A DNA stretch of 64,000 bases from Diadema antillarum (Eukaryota). How positions within the stretch are numbered: position 1 is the first letter of the stretch; each line of letters opens with the position of its first letter. The stretch lies in assembly GCF_040938485.1 (NCBI RefSeq), contig NW_027272360.1, positions 434,001-498,000 on the forward strand, written 5' to 3'. The translations under genes were made by a program, and so were the position numbers. Shown here one piece after another: positions 48,711 through 59,847 of this stretch. The notes beneath the pieces were generated by a model, which made no database searches, had not been told where the DNA came from, and saw nothing but the letters and a program-made list of their open reading frames with translations.

Positions 48711-51682
48711 AACAGAAAAAGGTGATGCCAGGATGATATTCGATAGCCAATTTGATATAGCTATATATTATATTTGTTGACCACGTTGTTGACAGCTTAA
48801 TGGAAAATTCTTATTTCTTATTCGAACTTAATGCTTTCCTAGTGTAGGCCCTATGTATATGTATGTCTGTATACATATATGTGCACACATATAAATGAGT
48901 AAGTAAATAAATGAACAAATATATGTATATATATACACATAGATCTATATATATATATATATATATATGCATATAATATATAAATAAATGAAACATATTT
49001 GGCAATATATCATGAATGAATGCAAGTCTTATTGGATTCATACAAAGTACATACAAAGTGTATATGTGGATGTGTGTTGGAGAGGTGAAGAAGGTGCATA
49101 TGGAACATTATAATACATTGATGATGTACATGTTGTGAAGAGCATTTCTTTACAGTGAACCGAGATAGAATACAAGCTTAAGGTACAACTGTCTGCTGAT
49201 GTCTTACGCATGATTCCTTGAAGATAAAAAAAAAAAATCCCACTCAAGGGTACAAATTTTAGATATATAGGCACCATTTGTTGCAGAAGTCCAAGTTTAA
49301 ACAAGGGTGAGGTACAATCTTCATTTAAAGTGCACTAAGAAGCATGTTAAATCTTGTGATATCAAAACAAATTGTGGAAATGAATACTAGTAAGTGATAT
49401 GAAATGTCACCTTCATATAACAAAATGCTCCTTTCTTCAGTTTGCATGTAGAGATGAGTATAAATACATGTATATTGTAACTACACACTTATACTACGTA
49501 ATATGTGGTACTGAGTCGATTACAATTCCTTCGACATTACTTCCCCCATAGTGTCTTCAAAGTTCATCGGTCGATATCATTTCTAATTCCATATTTCAAA
49601 CGGGGAAAACTTACAAGTTCTGTTCTCTCTCGAAGTAATCCATTGATGTTGTTTTCGTAGGTTTTGACAAACTCTTACTCCGATTTATTCACTGGACGTG
49701 ATGCGAAACCAGACTGTGGGACGGCTGACTGTGAGTATAACATCACTTTTGTCCTTTCTCTTTCTTTTCTTTCTTGTCGTTGTCGTTTCTTCATTGTTCT
49801 TCTTCTTCCCTTTGCTCCTCTTGCCTAAATAAACGAATAAATAAACAAATAAATAAATGAATAAATAAACAAATGAATATATGAAATTGTATATAAATCA
49901 GTAAATGACATTTCTAGGGTTGCTTCTATGGTAGTGTTTCATCTCTCCAAGCTGTGATTTTAACTTTCGTCATTATAAATGTGACGTATGAAATTAGTTT
50001 TTTTTTTTATTACGCGCCATTAGATAAGTTGCTGATCAATAATTTTTAATAACGCAAAGGTGTTTTTCTAGCATAAAACAACGGTGCATTGAACGTCTGA
50101 TACTGTCATTAAAGCATTTATGGAGATTTATGGAGTATTCGAAGACATGTTGGTACTAATACTATTTTTGTTTTAGTTGACGATGATTTCAGAGATGAAA
50201 TTGAGAAGTTAATTCAAGCTGGAAAATTCCTGCTCGACAATTAGCGTCATCCATTCAGATAAGGCTAACGGTTCGATTGTTTCCAAGGTGACATACACAT
50301 ACTTTTATCAAACCCTTCGTCTACACACAAAGTTTCATAGTCATAGAATAAATTATATCTTTAAACACGTATCAATCTGCATCAGACACGCTCGTCAACG
50401 AGACACACGTCACCGTGTACAACGCCAACTATCGGCTAGACGAGGGCTACACTGATGGGATCAGGGGTTATGCCTACATTCCCGACCCGGAAATCCCTGG
50501 GCGCCTCAAGGTGGTACTGGATGGCGTACCTACTGAAGGAGATTGTACGTATATTTGTCTCCTTGATATCTTACATTTTTGAGATCGAAAAAAATGCTGC
50601 TACTTATTAGTAACCAAAATGTTTCTTTCTCTTTCTCTTTCTGTGATGAAGGCAGAACAGACAAACAAACAAACACCTCAGGGTTATGATCTGAACATGA
50701 TAGTACTCCTATCTTTTCACCAAGGTGTTTGTATTCACAATGGCTCAAACGCCACCTATTATTCAATGATAACTGGAAAATGATAGCTCATTATTTTTAA
50801 ACACACTCGGATATTGGGACAGTGTGGGTGACGTTGAGGATCAAAATTTTGGTGTGGGTTTTAGGAATGGGTTTCGGGAAACGTCTATAGTGATCATGTG
50901 TTTATGATAAGAGCTGTTACACACTTCCTGATGTGAAATCAGTGATTGACTATTAAGAAGGTATATTTATCACAACAATAGTGTTGTTTGAGGTAGTAGG
51001 GTGGATAAGACAACGATATCAGACTTGGAGAAATTGATTTACAAAACAAAAAGAACAACAAGAACAGAGCAGCTTCTATACATGCTATAAAAGTATTAGA
51101 GAATCGTTTATGCTTGATTACGACATTCTGATCATAATCATGATGATGGATTAACTATGTTCGTACAGATGGGTGAGATGTCGACGATTATCTCAGAGAT
51201 AAAGGAAACATAAACACACAAAGAAAACAAATAAGAATCAAGGCGACATAAAATAATGGTAATAGCACAGTAAAAAAGATGCGGGGAAATAAAGATAGAG
51301 AAGGAGCAGAAGAGAGAGGAGGAAATAGGATGAAGAGGACTCAAGAGTGTAAGGGAGAGAGGGAGAGGGGGGAGGAGAGAGGAATAATGAAGAAAATTAC
51401 AGTGGGCCACTGCTTTCAAAGATCTTATCAATCTCTCTTCAAGACTGGGTGTTCAAGCTTGGCCCTACGGTGGAGGCAAAATACCAATACAGCCTGGTGA
51501 AGGGCGGACAGGAAGCGAACCAACTCTACGTTCTCAGTCGCGACCCCTCCCAGTACTACCAGCTGTACGACTTCGAAGTGCGGGAGTACTTGGCGTTACA
51601 CGGGTTCACCGGTCAGCTGAAGGCGCCGTACGAAGTGCCACACCCTGCCGAATGCGTGTACCCGCCTAGTCCGGAGGAGTGA
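48468..51682 (+). CDS. Secreted lipocalin, apolipoprotein D-like (cluster gene 5), 195 aa
   Basis: Exons 48468-48587, 49661-49730, 50386-50544, 51444-51682; GT-AG; phases 0/1/1; 588 nt. ~90% identical to gene 4 by hand count; one-codon insertion in exon 2; SCR2 reads YSLVKGG. Confidence 0.92.
48633..48708. repeat. Compound (CT)n(TA)n microsatellite, representative of many in the window
   Basis: Other simple repeats: poly-G 3714-3736, (CA)n/(TA)n 3782-3849, (CA)n 14221-14290, (TG)n 18030-18079, 22357-22387, 42625-42662 and 48007-48046, (CA)n 24694-24755, (TA)n 35250-35296, 39785-39816 and 42394-42434, (GAA)n 37224-37260, (GA)n 56708-56747. Confidence 0.95.
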
Positions 51683-52923
51683 TGTTTTGCACCCCACTCC
51701 ATTCCGATTCTTTTACCCTCTGTCTCCTGGAAGATATCAGCGATGAGAGGGGAGACACTACCGTATTGTGGTACAGGGCTTAACATTGATTTTCTCTTGA
51801 TATTAAAAAGTTTGAGAATTTTGCTTCAATGCAATGATATTAGGCAATATGTGGAGTTGGTTATAGATGAAAGAAAATGCACTCTTATCTGTTATTTTTA
51901 CTGACACGAATTGATAACCTCTTAATGTAGTCATATTTAGCATATTCTTTTTAGTATTTTTTTCAAATAGCAAATTTGGGTAGACTGTGAAAGTGTTTAC
52001 CGCAAAAGGTGAAAAAAAGAGAACCAGATCCGAGGTATTTTTATATACTGAAGGATGATACAACGTTGTAAACAAAAATAACGAAAAGTAGTCACTTGAA
52101 ATAAGTACAAAATTAACAATCCCTTCGAAATGACACACGTCAGAGCAATTGTGATCTATACTAAACCAGCTTGTCAGAATTTTACGCACGAAGCTTGCTT
52201 ATTTAACATCATTTATCCATGCCAATGTATTGCTTACAATTGGAAGAATGGGCACAATAAAACGAGCAGTAACGCAACTAGCAAGGTTATGTTGTTTTAT
52301 CGTCTTGCTTCTTTGTCTTGATTTTAAACAAAAATATGAAGGACAATTTGTTGGTATTTTACAACACTCATCCGTCCTCAAGGCCTTTCCGATCGAAATT
52401 GTGATAGCAGATAAAAATAAAGCTTTAAATAGTTTCGTTTAATATGGAGAACAAAAATAATCGTAAACACATCTCGATGTTTTTTGTTCAGGCTACAATC
52501 CTAGTTTTTCCTCTTTGACAATTTTTTTTTTTGAGATGACTGCTCGTGTAGGCTATAGAACTGGACATATCTGCCTTTTTTAAGTAGAAACAAGTGATCA
52601 TTTGACTTAATATAATATCATTAATGAACAGAAAGAAACTAAAGACACGTTTCAATTCACGGCGCGACATAACACCGTCATGATTTGTCTCTATCGTGTT
52701 GAATTTACATTCAGAAACTGCGATTGCATCAAACTCTTCTCCATCACTGATAAGAATAGATATGCTGCTGTAATAGAAAGTGCCTAAACAATGAAGATCT
52801 CTTCACATGGAATACTAAAAATGTCTGTCAGCAACAAACGTCGTCCTTATGGACAATCGACAGGAAAAGAAATGCAGCCACAATTGTAATCTATGGTTGA
52901 GAAAGAAATGTTGGGTTTAAAGG

Positions 52924-54812
52924 CAGCGGCGTATGTAGGGAAAACGGCACCCGGGGCAAGCGCGAAAATTGCGCCCCTAATTTCTGAAAAAGTGTTCAAC
53001 CCCAACCCCATCCCGGTAGGGACTTTAAACAAAGTCCACATGATATGCTTTTTCAAGCACTTGAAAGGGGTCTTTTCAGGGTGATTTGCATGTAATGAAT
53101 TTTTATAAATTTTGGCGAGCGAGCGCAGCGAGCGAGCCGAAAATTGTGGTATTGGGTTCAGCTTACAAAACATGGAATTCTTGTCATTTTTTGCAAATCA
53201 AATCTTACAATTCCAATCAAGATATAGTGATGACGGCCTTATAGATAACGATTTATACCAACAAACTGCATGAGGAATTTAAAAAGTACTCTAAATTAGT
53301 ACGCGCGAGTTAGCCGAAATTTGTATATTTCCACGTCATCATCACGTTTTGTTCTTATTTCTTTTTTTTTCTTGATAAATTTTGGCGAGCGAGCGCAGCG
53401 AGCGAGCCGAGGATTTTTGTATTTTAGCTTACAAAACATTGAATTCTTGTTATTTTTTGCTTATTAAATCTTACAATTCTAATCAAGATATAGTGACGAC
53501 CTTATAGATAAAGATTTATACCCACAAACTGAGGACTTATAATACTAGTACTCTAAATTAGTACGAGCGAGTGAGCCGAAATTTGTATATTTCCGCGTCA
53601 TCATTACGTTTTGTTCTTATCTTTTTTGATTTGGTTTTTTTAGCGCCCCCCCCCCCCTATATGTTCGAAACCGTTGGCGTCCTCTCTTGATCCAATCGGC
53701 GATCGCTTCAGAACGAATGAAATTGCAGCCGCTGCTCCGTGTAACATTTTTCCTGCTTAATATAAAATGACATGTGTGAACACAATAGACATTGTCATTT
53801 TGTGTGCCTCATCGTCACGTTTTGTTCTTATCTTCTTTTTTTTATAAATTTTGGCGAGCGAGCGCAGCGAGCGAGCCGAAAATTCTTGTATTTCAGCTTA
53901 CAAAACATTGAATTCTTGCTTGTCATTTTTTGCTTATTTAATCTTACAATCCTAATCAAGATATAGTGACGGTCTTATAGATAACGATTTATACCAACAA
54001 ACTCTGGGCTTGGAAAAAATACTCTAATATGTACGAGCGAGTGAGCCGAAATTTGCATATTTCCTCGTCATCATTACGTTTTGTTCTTATCTTGCTTGAC
54101 TTTTTTTGCCCCCCCCCCGTATGTTCGAAACCGTTGTCGCATTCTTTTGATCCAATTGGCGATCGCTTCAGAACGAAAGAAATTGCAGCCGCTGCTCCGT
54201 GAAACATTTTACCTGCTAAACATAAAATGACATGTGTGAACACAATAGACATTGTCATTTTGTCCGCGTCATCATTACGTTTTGTTCTTATCTTCTTTAT
54301 TTATATAAATTTTGGCGAGCGAACGCAGCGAGCGAGCCGAAAATTTTTGTATTTCAGCTGACAGAACATGGAATTCTTGTGTGAACACAATAAAAATTGT
54401 CATTTTGTCCGCGTCATCATCGTGTTTTGTTCTTATCTTCTTTATCTATATAAATTTTGGCGAGCGAACGCAGCGAGCGAGCCGAAAATTTTTGTATTTC
54501 AGCTGACAGAACATGGAATTCTTGTGTGAACACAATAAAAATTGTCATTTTGTCCGCGTCATCATCATGTTTTGTTTTTATCTTGTTTGATTTGGTTTTC
54601 CGCCCCCCCCCCCCCCACATTCTCCCTCCCCCCCTTTCCGGGCGAGGTTTTTTGTTTCTTCTTCTGCTTCTTCTTTTCTTTTTTCTTCTTCTTCTTCGTT
54701 TTTTTCTTTTTCTTCTTCTTTTTCCCTTTTTTTTCGTTTTTTTGCGCCCCCAAGGATTGGCGCCCGGGGCACGTGCCCCCCTTACCCCCCCCCCCCCCTA
54801 GATACGCCACTG
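52924..54812. mobile_element. 1.9-kb non-autonomous hAT-type element with internal tandem array
   Basis: Termini CAGCGGCGTAT / ATACGCCACTG; 8-bp TSD TTTAAAGG at 52916-52923 and 54813-54820. Five copies of TTTGGCGAGCGA(G/A)CGCAGCGAGCGAGCCGA at ~53111, 53381, 53850, 54311 and 54457. Confidence 0.9.
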
Positions 54813-54969
54813 TTTAAAGGCTCTCATCTCTCAATATCTAAAAAACCCAATCGTAGCCATATAGAACTCTTGGCACAAGATCAAAAGCTTTCGAGCTGCA
54901 TGAATAGGAGCATAATGACCAAACCTAATGAGCATGTGGAAATACATTCGATCGGTAAATGTTGGAAAA

Positions 54970-56287
54970 GTGATCTATCCTGGAAAACCCATATTAACTA
55001 TTTAAGTAAAATTTTGTCCAGAAACATAGGAATTTTGAATAAGCTGAAATATTTTTTCCCCATACATATATTACAAATTATATACTCAACAATGATTTCC
55101 CCTTACCTCAACTATGGAATTCTTGCATGGGGTAATTTGTCCAGATTTTTGCTTGATTCGCTTTTCCTCCTCCAAAAACGCGCCATCAGAATTATCAATA
55201 ACGCTGGATATCTATCTCATACAAATGAATTTTTTCACAAGAGTAAAATTTTGAAATTGCCTGACTTGTTTGATTACAACCTAGGTATTTTCATGTATAA
55301 ATACTCCACGAATGATCTTCCTGATGTTTTTCTTCACATGTTCAAAAGAAACTACTCAGTTCACAATTATCCCACCCGCCAACGGGACGCTTATCACCTT
55401 CCACGTACTCGAACAATTTTCGCGATGAAAACAATTATGTATGCGGGACCGAAATACTGGAACGATCTCCCCTCTGAACTCACAGGTTGTTTATCACTAT
55501 CATCCTTTAAATGCAAATTAAGACAGTATTTATTGAATAATTACATTAATTCAGCTCACTGAAATCTGTTTTGTGATGCACAGGACTATCCCGCTGTACC
55601 GTATTCCAGGGTTGTTGTTGGTTAAAACCAGCTATTTGTGCCCTCAAATTCTGTCACTGTGTCTATGACCTATTGCATTTTCTTCCTTCTCTAAGACATT
55701 TGGGGCGAGGTAACAGCTGGTATTTTAATTCCTTCTGCACTGTAACTGGTTGTTGAATGTCTTCTTTTTTTCTGGGGGGGGGGGGATTTGCAGGTGCATG
55801 TGTTCCCTCCTTAATACACGCAATGTATAAATCTTTAATATTTTTTAACCGTATTATTGTTATCATATATTGAGTCATATTGTTATTATCGCCAGAACGA
55901 CAATGGTTCATCCGCCTACAGCATGTGGCTTATCCGACCCCAAATCTGTATTAGAGAAGAATTTGCTATATAACTGTATAAATGTACTTTTTTTTCTCTA
56001 TGTTTTGGTCAATGTTGTACCCGTGCTCCCCATCTTAATCTTTAACTCGATTTTAACTGGGACCTACGCTCAACAAGCTCGCTTTTAAGTAGGTTCCTTC
56101 ATATTTCTTTAGCATCAATTCACAGATTCAAAACGTCATAGATCGACCACTATATGTTTTATATATTTGCAATATTTTATGTATGTCTCCAGCTTGATAT
56201 CATGTACTTCATTTAATTTTGTTATATTTGATGTATTTTTTCATCGAGAAATATGAAAATAAATCGAAATCGAAATCGAAAATCGAA
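54970..56287 (+). mobile_element. 5'-truncated L2/Crack-group LINE with an open ORF2 C-terminal frame
   Basis: ORF 54870-55562 contains DLSWKTHI...YLNYGILAWG...LLQKRAIRII...HNYPTR...GPKYWNDLP...SFKCKLRQYL; 3' UTR; AATAAA at 56258; (ATCGAA)n tail to 56287. Confidence 0.88.
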
Positions 56288-56702
56288 TGCCTCTACTAAG
56301 TACTATAATCATATTATACGACTTACAAACCCTTCCAATCCAGACAACTCGTTAACTTGACAATGTCAATACATTTTGATTCGGGTATGCAAACAGTGAA
56401 AATGTAGAGACCAATTTACGCGACTGAAATCCTATTTAGCTTATATACATAAAATGCATCTTCCAACGAGGTACGGAAGAGATATATTTCATGATTCTAG
56501 TTGCTCAAAAAAGAAAGAAAGAAAGAAAGAAAAATAATGTTATCCGAGGCAATTGAGGATTTAAAAAAAGAAACATCCTCCTTATTTTACGAGGATATGT
56601 AAAGACTCTTTAAGGGAAATTGACAAGTTAGTGGTCATTCAAAATATTGAAGACTGATATCTGAGCTCCAATGTTAAAATCTTGCTCCAGACTGTTGGAT
56701 GT

Positions 56703-56751
<49 letters not shown>

Positions 56752-57099
56752 AGGAAAGAGAGGGGGAGAGAGACAGAAAGAGGTAGATAAGAGGAGAGAG
56801 ATAAATTAGATAATGTACACGATCTTGCATTTAGTTTGGGTTTGGTAATGAGAGTCCGCACTCTAGGCGTATTTTTGAATGCTTCAAGAGGACTCATTTT
56901 CATTCTTTAAAGCTATAAACAGGAGTCTGAACTGCATACCACCCGTAATAAATACCGGGTACATATTGCACTTGCGGTTCAAAGTGCGACTGTTGAATTT
57001 GTTTGCCGATCATTAAGCGCAATGCAGCTAAGACTTTACGCTAATGCTCTAAAATGGACTGCGATTGACTTTATCTACACGTCAAGCAGCATACATCGA

Positions 57100-57600
57100 C
57101 ATCGTTCCATGCCTACGAATGACAAGATTGCTACCGTTTAGAGAGAGCTCTGGAAATTTGACTGCAGCAACCCTTGACCATTAAAACAGTTTTGGCTTTG
57201 TGTATATGTTTTAGATCAAGTATACCTTGGTATCACATATAGTCAATGACTATAGATGCATAGAAGTGATATAGAAGCATTCAATGTCCGTTAAGGCGAA
57301 GTGTGAATGAGACTGGCACATCCTCCAATCATGGCTGTAGCAAACTCGACCACAGACCTTGGAGGACGGCACTTGTTATTCCTTCGTCATGAGATTTTAT
57401 TTTGAAGACGCTGCCTAACTTCTGGACGCAATACTCACAGAAATCATATCTGGGATTCCCCTTATTTTTTCGGCAGTAAAGTAACGCATAAGGTACCAAC
57501 ATGGTCAATAAATGCAAAGAGTGCTGCACCCTATCTCTGAGGGATTTCGGCTTGTCCTCGACCAACTTTGAAGACTTGACACGGGACCAGGTAATAATGA
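57100..57600 (-). mobile_element. Highly decayed RTE-like RT fragment
   Basis: Minus-strand GITSAVLQG (SGVxQG-like) followed by AIDW- and LTDIE-like remnants in broken frames. Confidence 0.35.
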
Positions 57601-58185
57601 TACATTGATTAACATTTTGCGATTGTTGCCCACTCGGCCGCGTTTTATCGAGAAAATTAGCATGCCTTACACATAATACATTTACGCATTGGCCATAGGC
57701 GGGACTGATATGCCAACTGCTGATTACCTTGTCGTTTCCATGGCTACTGCAATTATCATGATATTGCATTGTTGTCAACCATATTGGACTTGGGGAAAAT
57801 GGCGCACTGAACGTGTTGTGTACGATTCATGGAAATACGGATAAGGAATGTGTATACGTATAATAATACCGGTATCCTATACTGACATAAATAGATAAAC
57901 AAAGAAATGCACAGACATCACACAAGATACACACCTACAAACACTTCCATACACAAAAACACATACAGATGCACACACTGACCTCGTAATTTTGACATTT
58001 ATACTCGGATATCTAAATATTCTGTACATTACCATTGTATATCTGTTTAGTCAACACACATATCAAAGTTCTTTGTATGGGTGTTATCTCGTGCTTTTTG
58101 ATTTGTAAACTGGTCTCATGATTGTGGGCACATCTCGACCCAACATATCTTAAACCAAATAAAAATAATTTTGTCGCTTTGTCAG

Positions 58186-58411
58186 TGGGCCCTTCACTGG
58201 ATAGTCCTCCTCATCTACCGGATAGTGGTTACCGGATATTTCTTCGGATACGAGCTGTACCTATGGATCAAGGTGCTTGACATTAAGTTCTACATTTACA
58301 TGACCGACTGGACATATACGGTCTTCGTCATCTACCATGTCTTAGCGCTGACAAATTTGGTGGCAGACATCATCCTTAAAAGATATCTCGTGACGCGAGA
58401 GGCAACGAGTG
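58186..58411 (+). CDS. Internal exon of a rolling-stone-like multipass membrane protein
   Basis: ctttgtcag|TGG...AGT G|gtaaat (226 nt) encodes WALHWIVLLIYRIVVTGYFFGYELYLWIKVLDIKFYIYMTDWTYTVFVIYHVLALTNLVADII. The (Q)W...YR...K..IY.T.W.Y pattern and hydrophobic helices fit the N-terminal part of the rolling stone family. Other exons were not located. Confidence 0.7.
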
Positions 58412-58714
58412 GTAAATCTTAAACCCTACTTATAAATATTGTTTCCCTGCATCCATCGTGTATGATATTATATCCCACAACCTTTAATCTGCACCAAATT
58501 TCCAACGCATCATGCGTCCTCTTCTTTGCCTTCTTCCGAAACCCTGAAGAAGACTTGTGATGCGTCCTAAAATTTGGTGCAATGATTAAATGTTGTTGGA
58601 CGGTAATAGCGTATTATTCTCTTCGTTTCATCGTGCAAAGCGAAGCCAACATGAAGACCAATTCTCATTATACATGCATAATGTATATTCACTCTATGTT
58701 CTCACTTGTGTCAC

Positions 58715-58745
<31 letters not shown>

Positions 58746-59847
58746 TGCTTTATTCTTACTCAACATCCTGCAGTCCTAGGCTATATTCAAGTTTGACGGG
58801 TAGATATGTTGCACGCTCTTTATGAGGGCGTTGCTGTTAAGCTCCGATTTTAGCTAAGTCACATGTCTCAACTTCATCACCGTTATTATCTAATTTTGTA
58901 TCATATAAAATTGGTTACTACACATTGTAGCTTGTCTTATCTGAACTCACATAGTTATCCTCATCTGTGAATTGAAAGTTGCTATTCTATCATCTCTTGA
59001 TCTTTCAATTTCATTTTTGTTTGTTTGATGTTTTAAGATGTGCACGTCGGTAAAATGTATTGTTCAGCGTGTAGGCATTCTCTCATTCTCTCTTTTTCTT
59101 TCTTTCCTTCCATACTTTTCATCTATTCTGGCAAGTTGTGTCATGTTGTTGTGTTTCTTCTGTTTTGTCCCGTCCTGTGGTATATCATATTTGTCACAAG
59201 TGTTTGTAAATAAGTAATTCATAAGTTTTATGAGTGGTTCACAATCTACAAGCTTTGCTTTTTGGTGGACCTCTCTATTCTTTCTTCCTTTTTTTCAACT
59301 GAAGCATGACTTTGTACTTTTTTGCCAGTATGCGCTCTTATGTTTATCGATATCATTTATTTATTGCAAAGGCAAATGGTTTTGTTTATGATGTAATACC
59401 TGATTTATCTTGTGTTATGTTTTTGTTGAAAGAAGAAAAGAAGAATGAAAATAAATGAATTGAATTGAATCGAATTTGAAAGTTTGAAAGGAAAAACGTA
59501 ATAACAATCTGATAGAATTTTACGTAGCATCACAATTCGTTCTTGAACAGTCTAAGTGTAAACAGTAAGTCGCTACATGGATACACAGCGTATACCTGGC
59601 CACTTTAACACTTTAGTATGACTGTGGCACACACTGTTTTGGAGAACGATCTTATAGTTTCCCCAAGAAATCATTTCTTGTCTTGGAGAAGATCAAATCT
59701 TATCCAGTAGACATCAAAATGGTAAGCATGGTAAGTTCGCGGTAACCAAATATCATAGAAGTCTGGCAGGGGAATAGCAGAATATAAACATTTTTGTGGG
59801 CTATATCTATATCTACATCTATCTTAGTCTATATCTATATCTCTCCG

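Larger units (their letters stand above)
42281..52365 (+). repeat. Tandem segmental duplication carrying lipocalin genes 4 and 5 (units ~42281-47416 and ~47680-52365)
   Basis: Upstream region, introns and 3' flank are colinear and alignable from CTGTCTTGAGTA (42281/47680) to TTGTTGGTATTTT.CAAC (47416/52365). Confidence 0.9.

Noticed and set aside
44847-50544. Positive selection between genes 4 and 5
   Set aside because: A hand count for exon 3 gives 5 synonymous versus 6 nonsynonymous nucleotide changes, below the neutral expectation. A formal codon-model test with orthologs is needed before claiming it.
52680-52790. MICLYRVEFTFRN... as the first exon of the rolling-stone-like gene
   Set aside because: Only a weak EF..RN resemblance; it runs to a stop with no suitable donor after a Gln codon.
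54457-54817. Poly-Phe/poly-Lys/poly-Pro ORFs
   Set aside because: Low-complexity CT-rich tract inside the hAT element. The same applies to ORFs over (CA)n, (TG)n and (TA)n microsatellites elsewhere.
54870-55562. 230-aa ORF, the longest in the track, as a host gene
   Set aside because: Motifs match a LINE ORF2 C-terminus followed by a LINE 3' UTR and tail; the first ~35 codons are unrelated flank.
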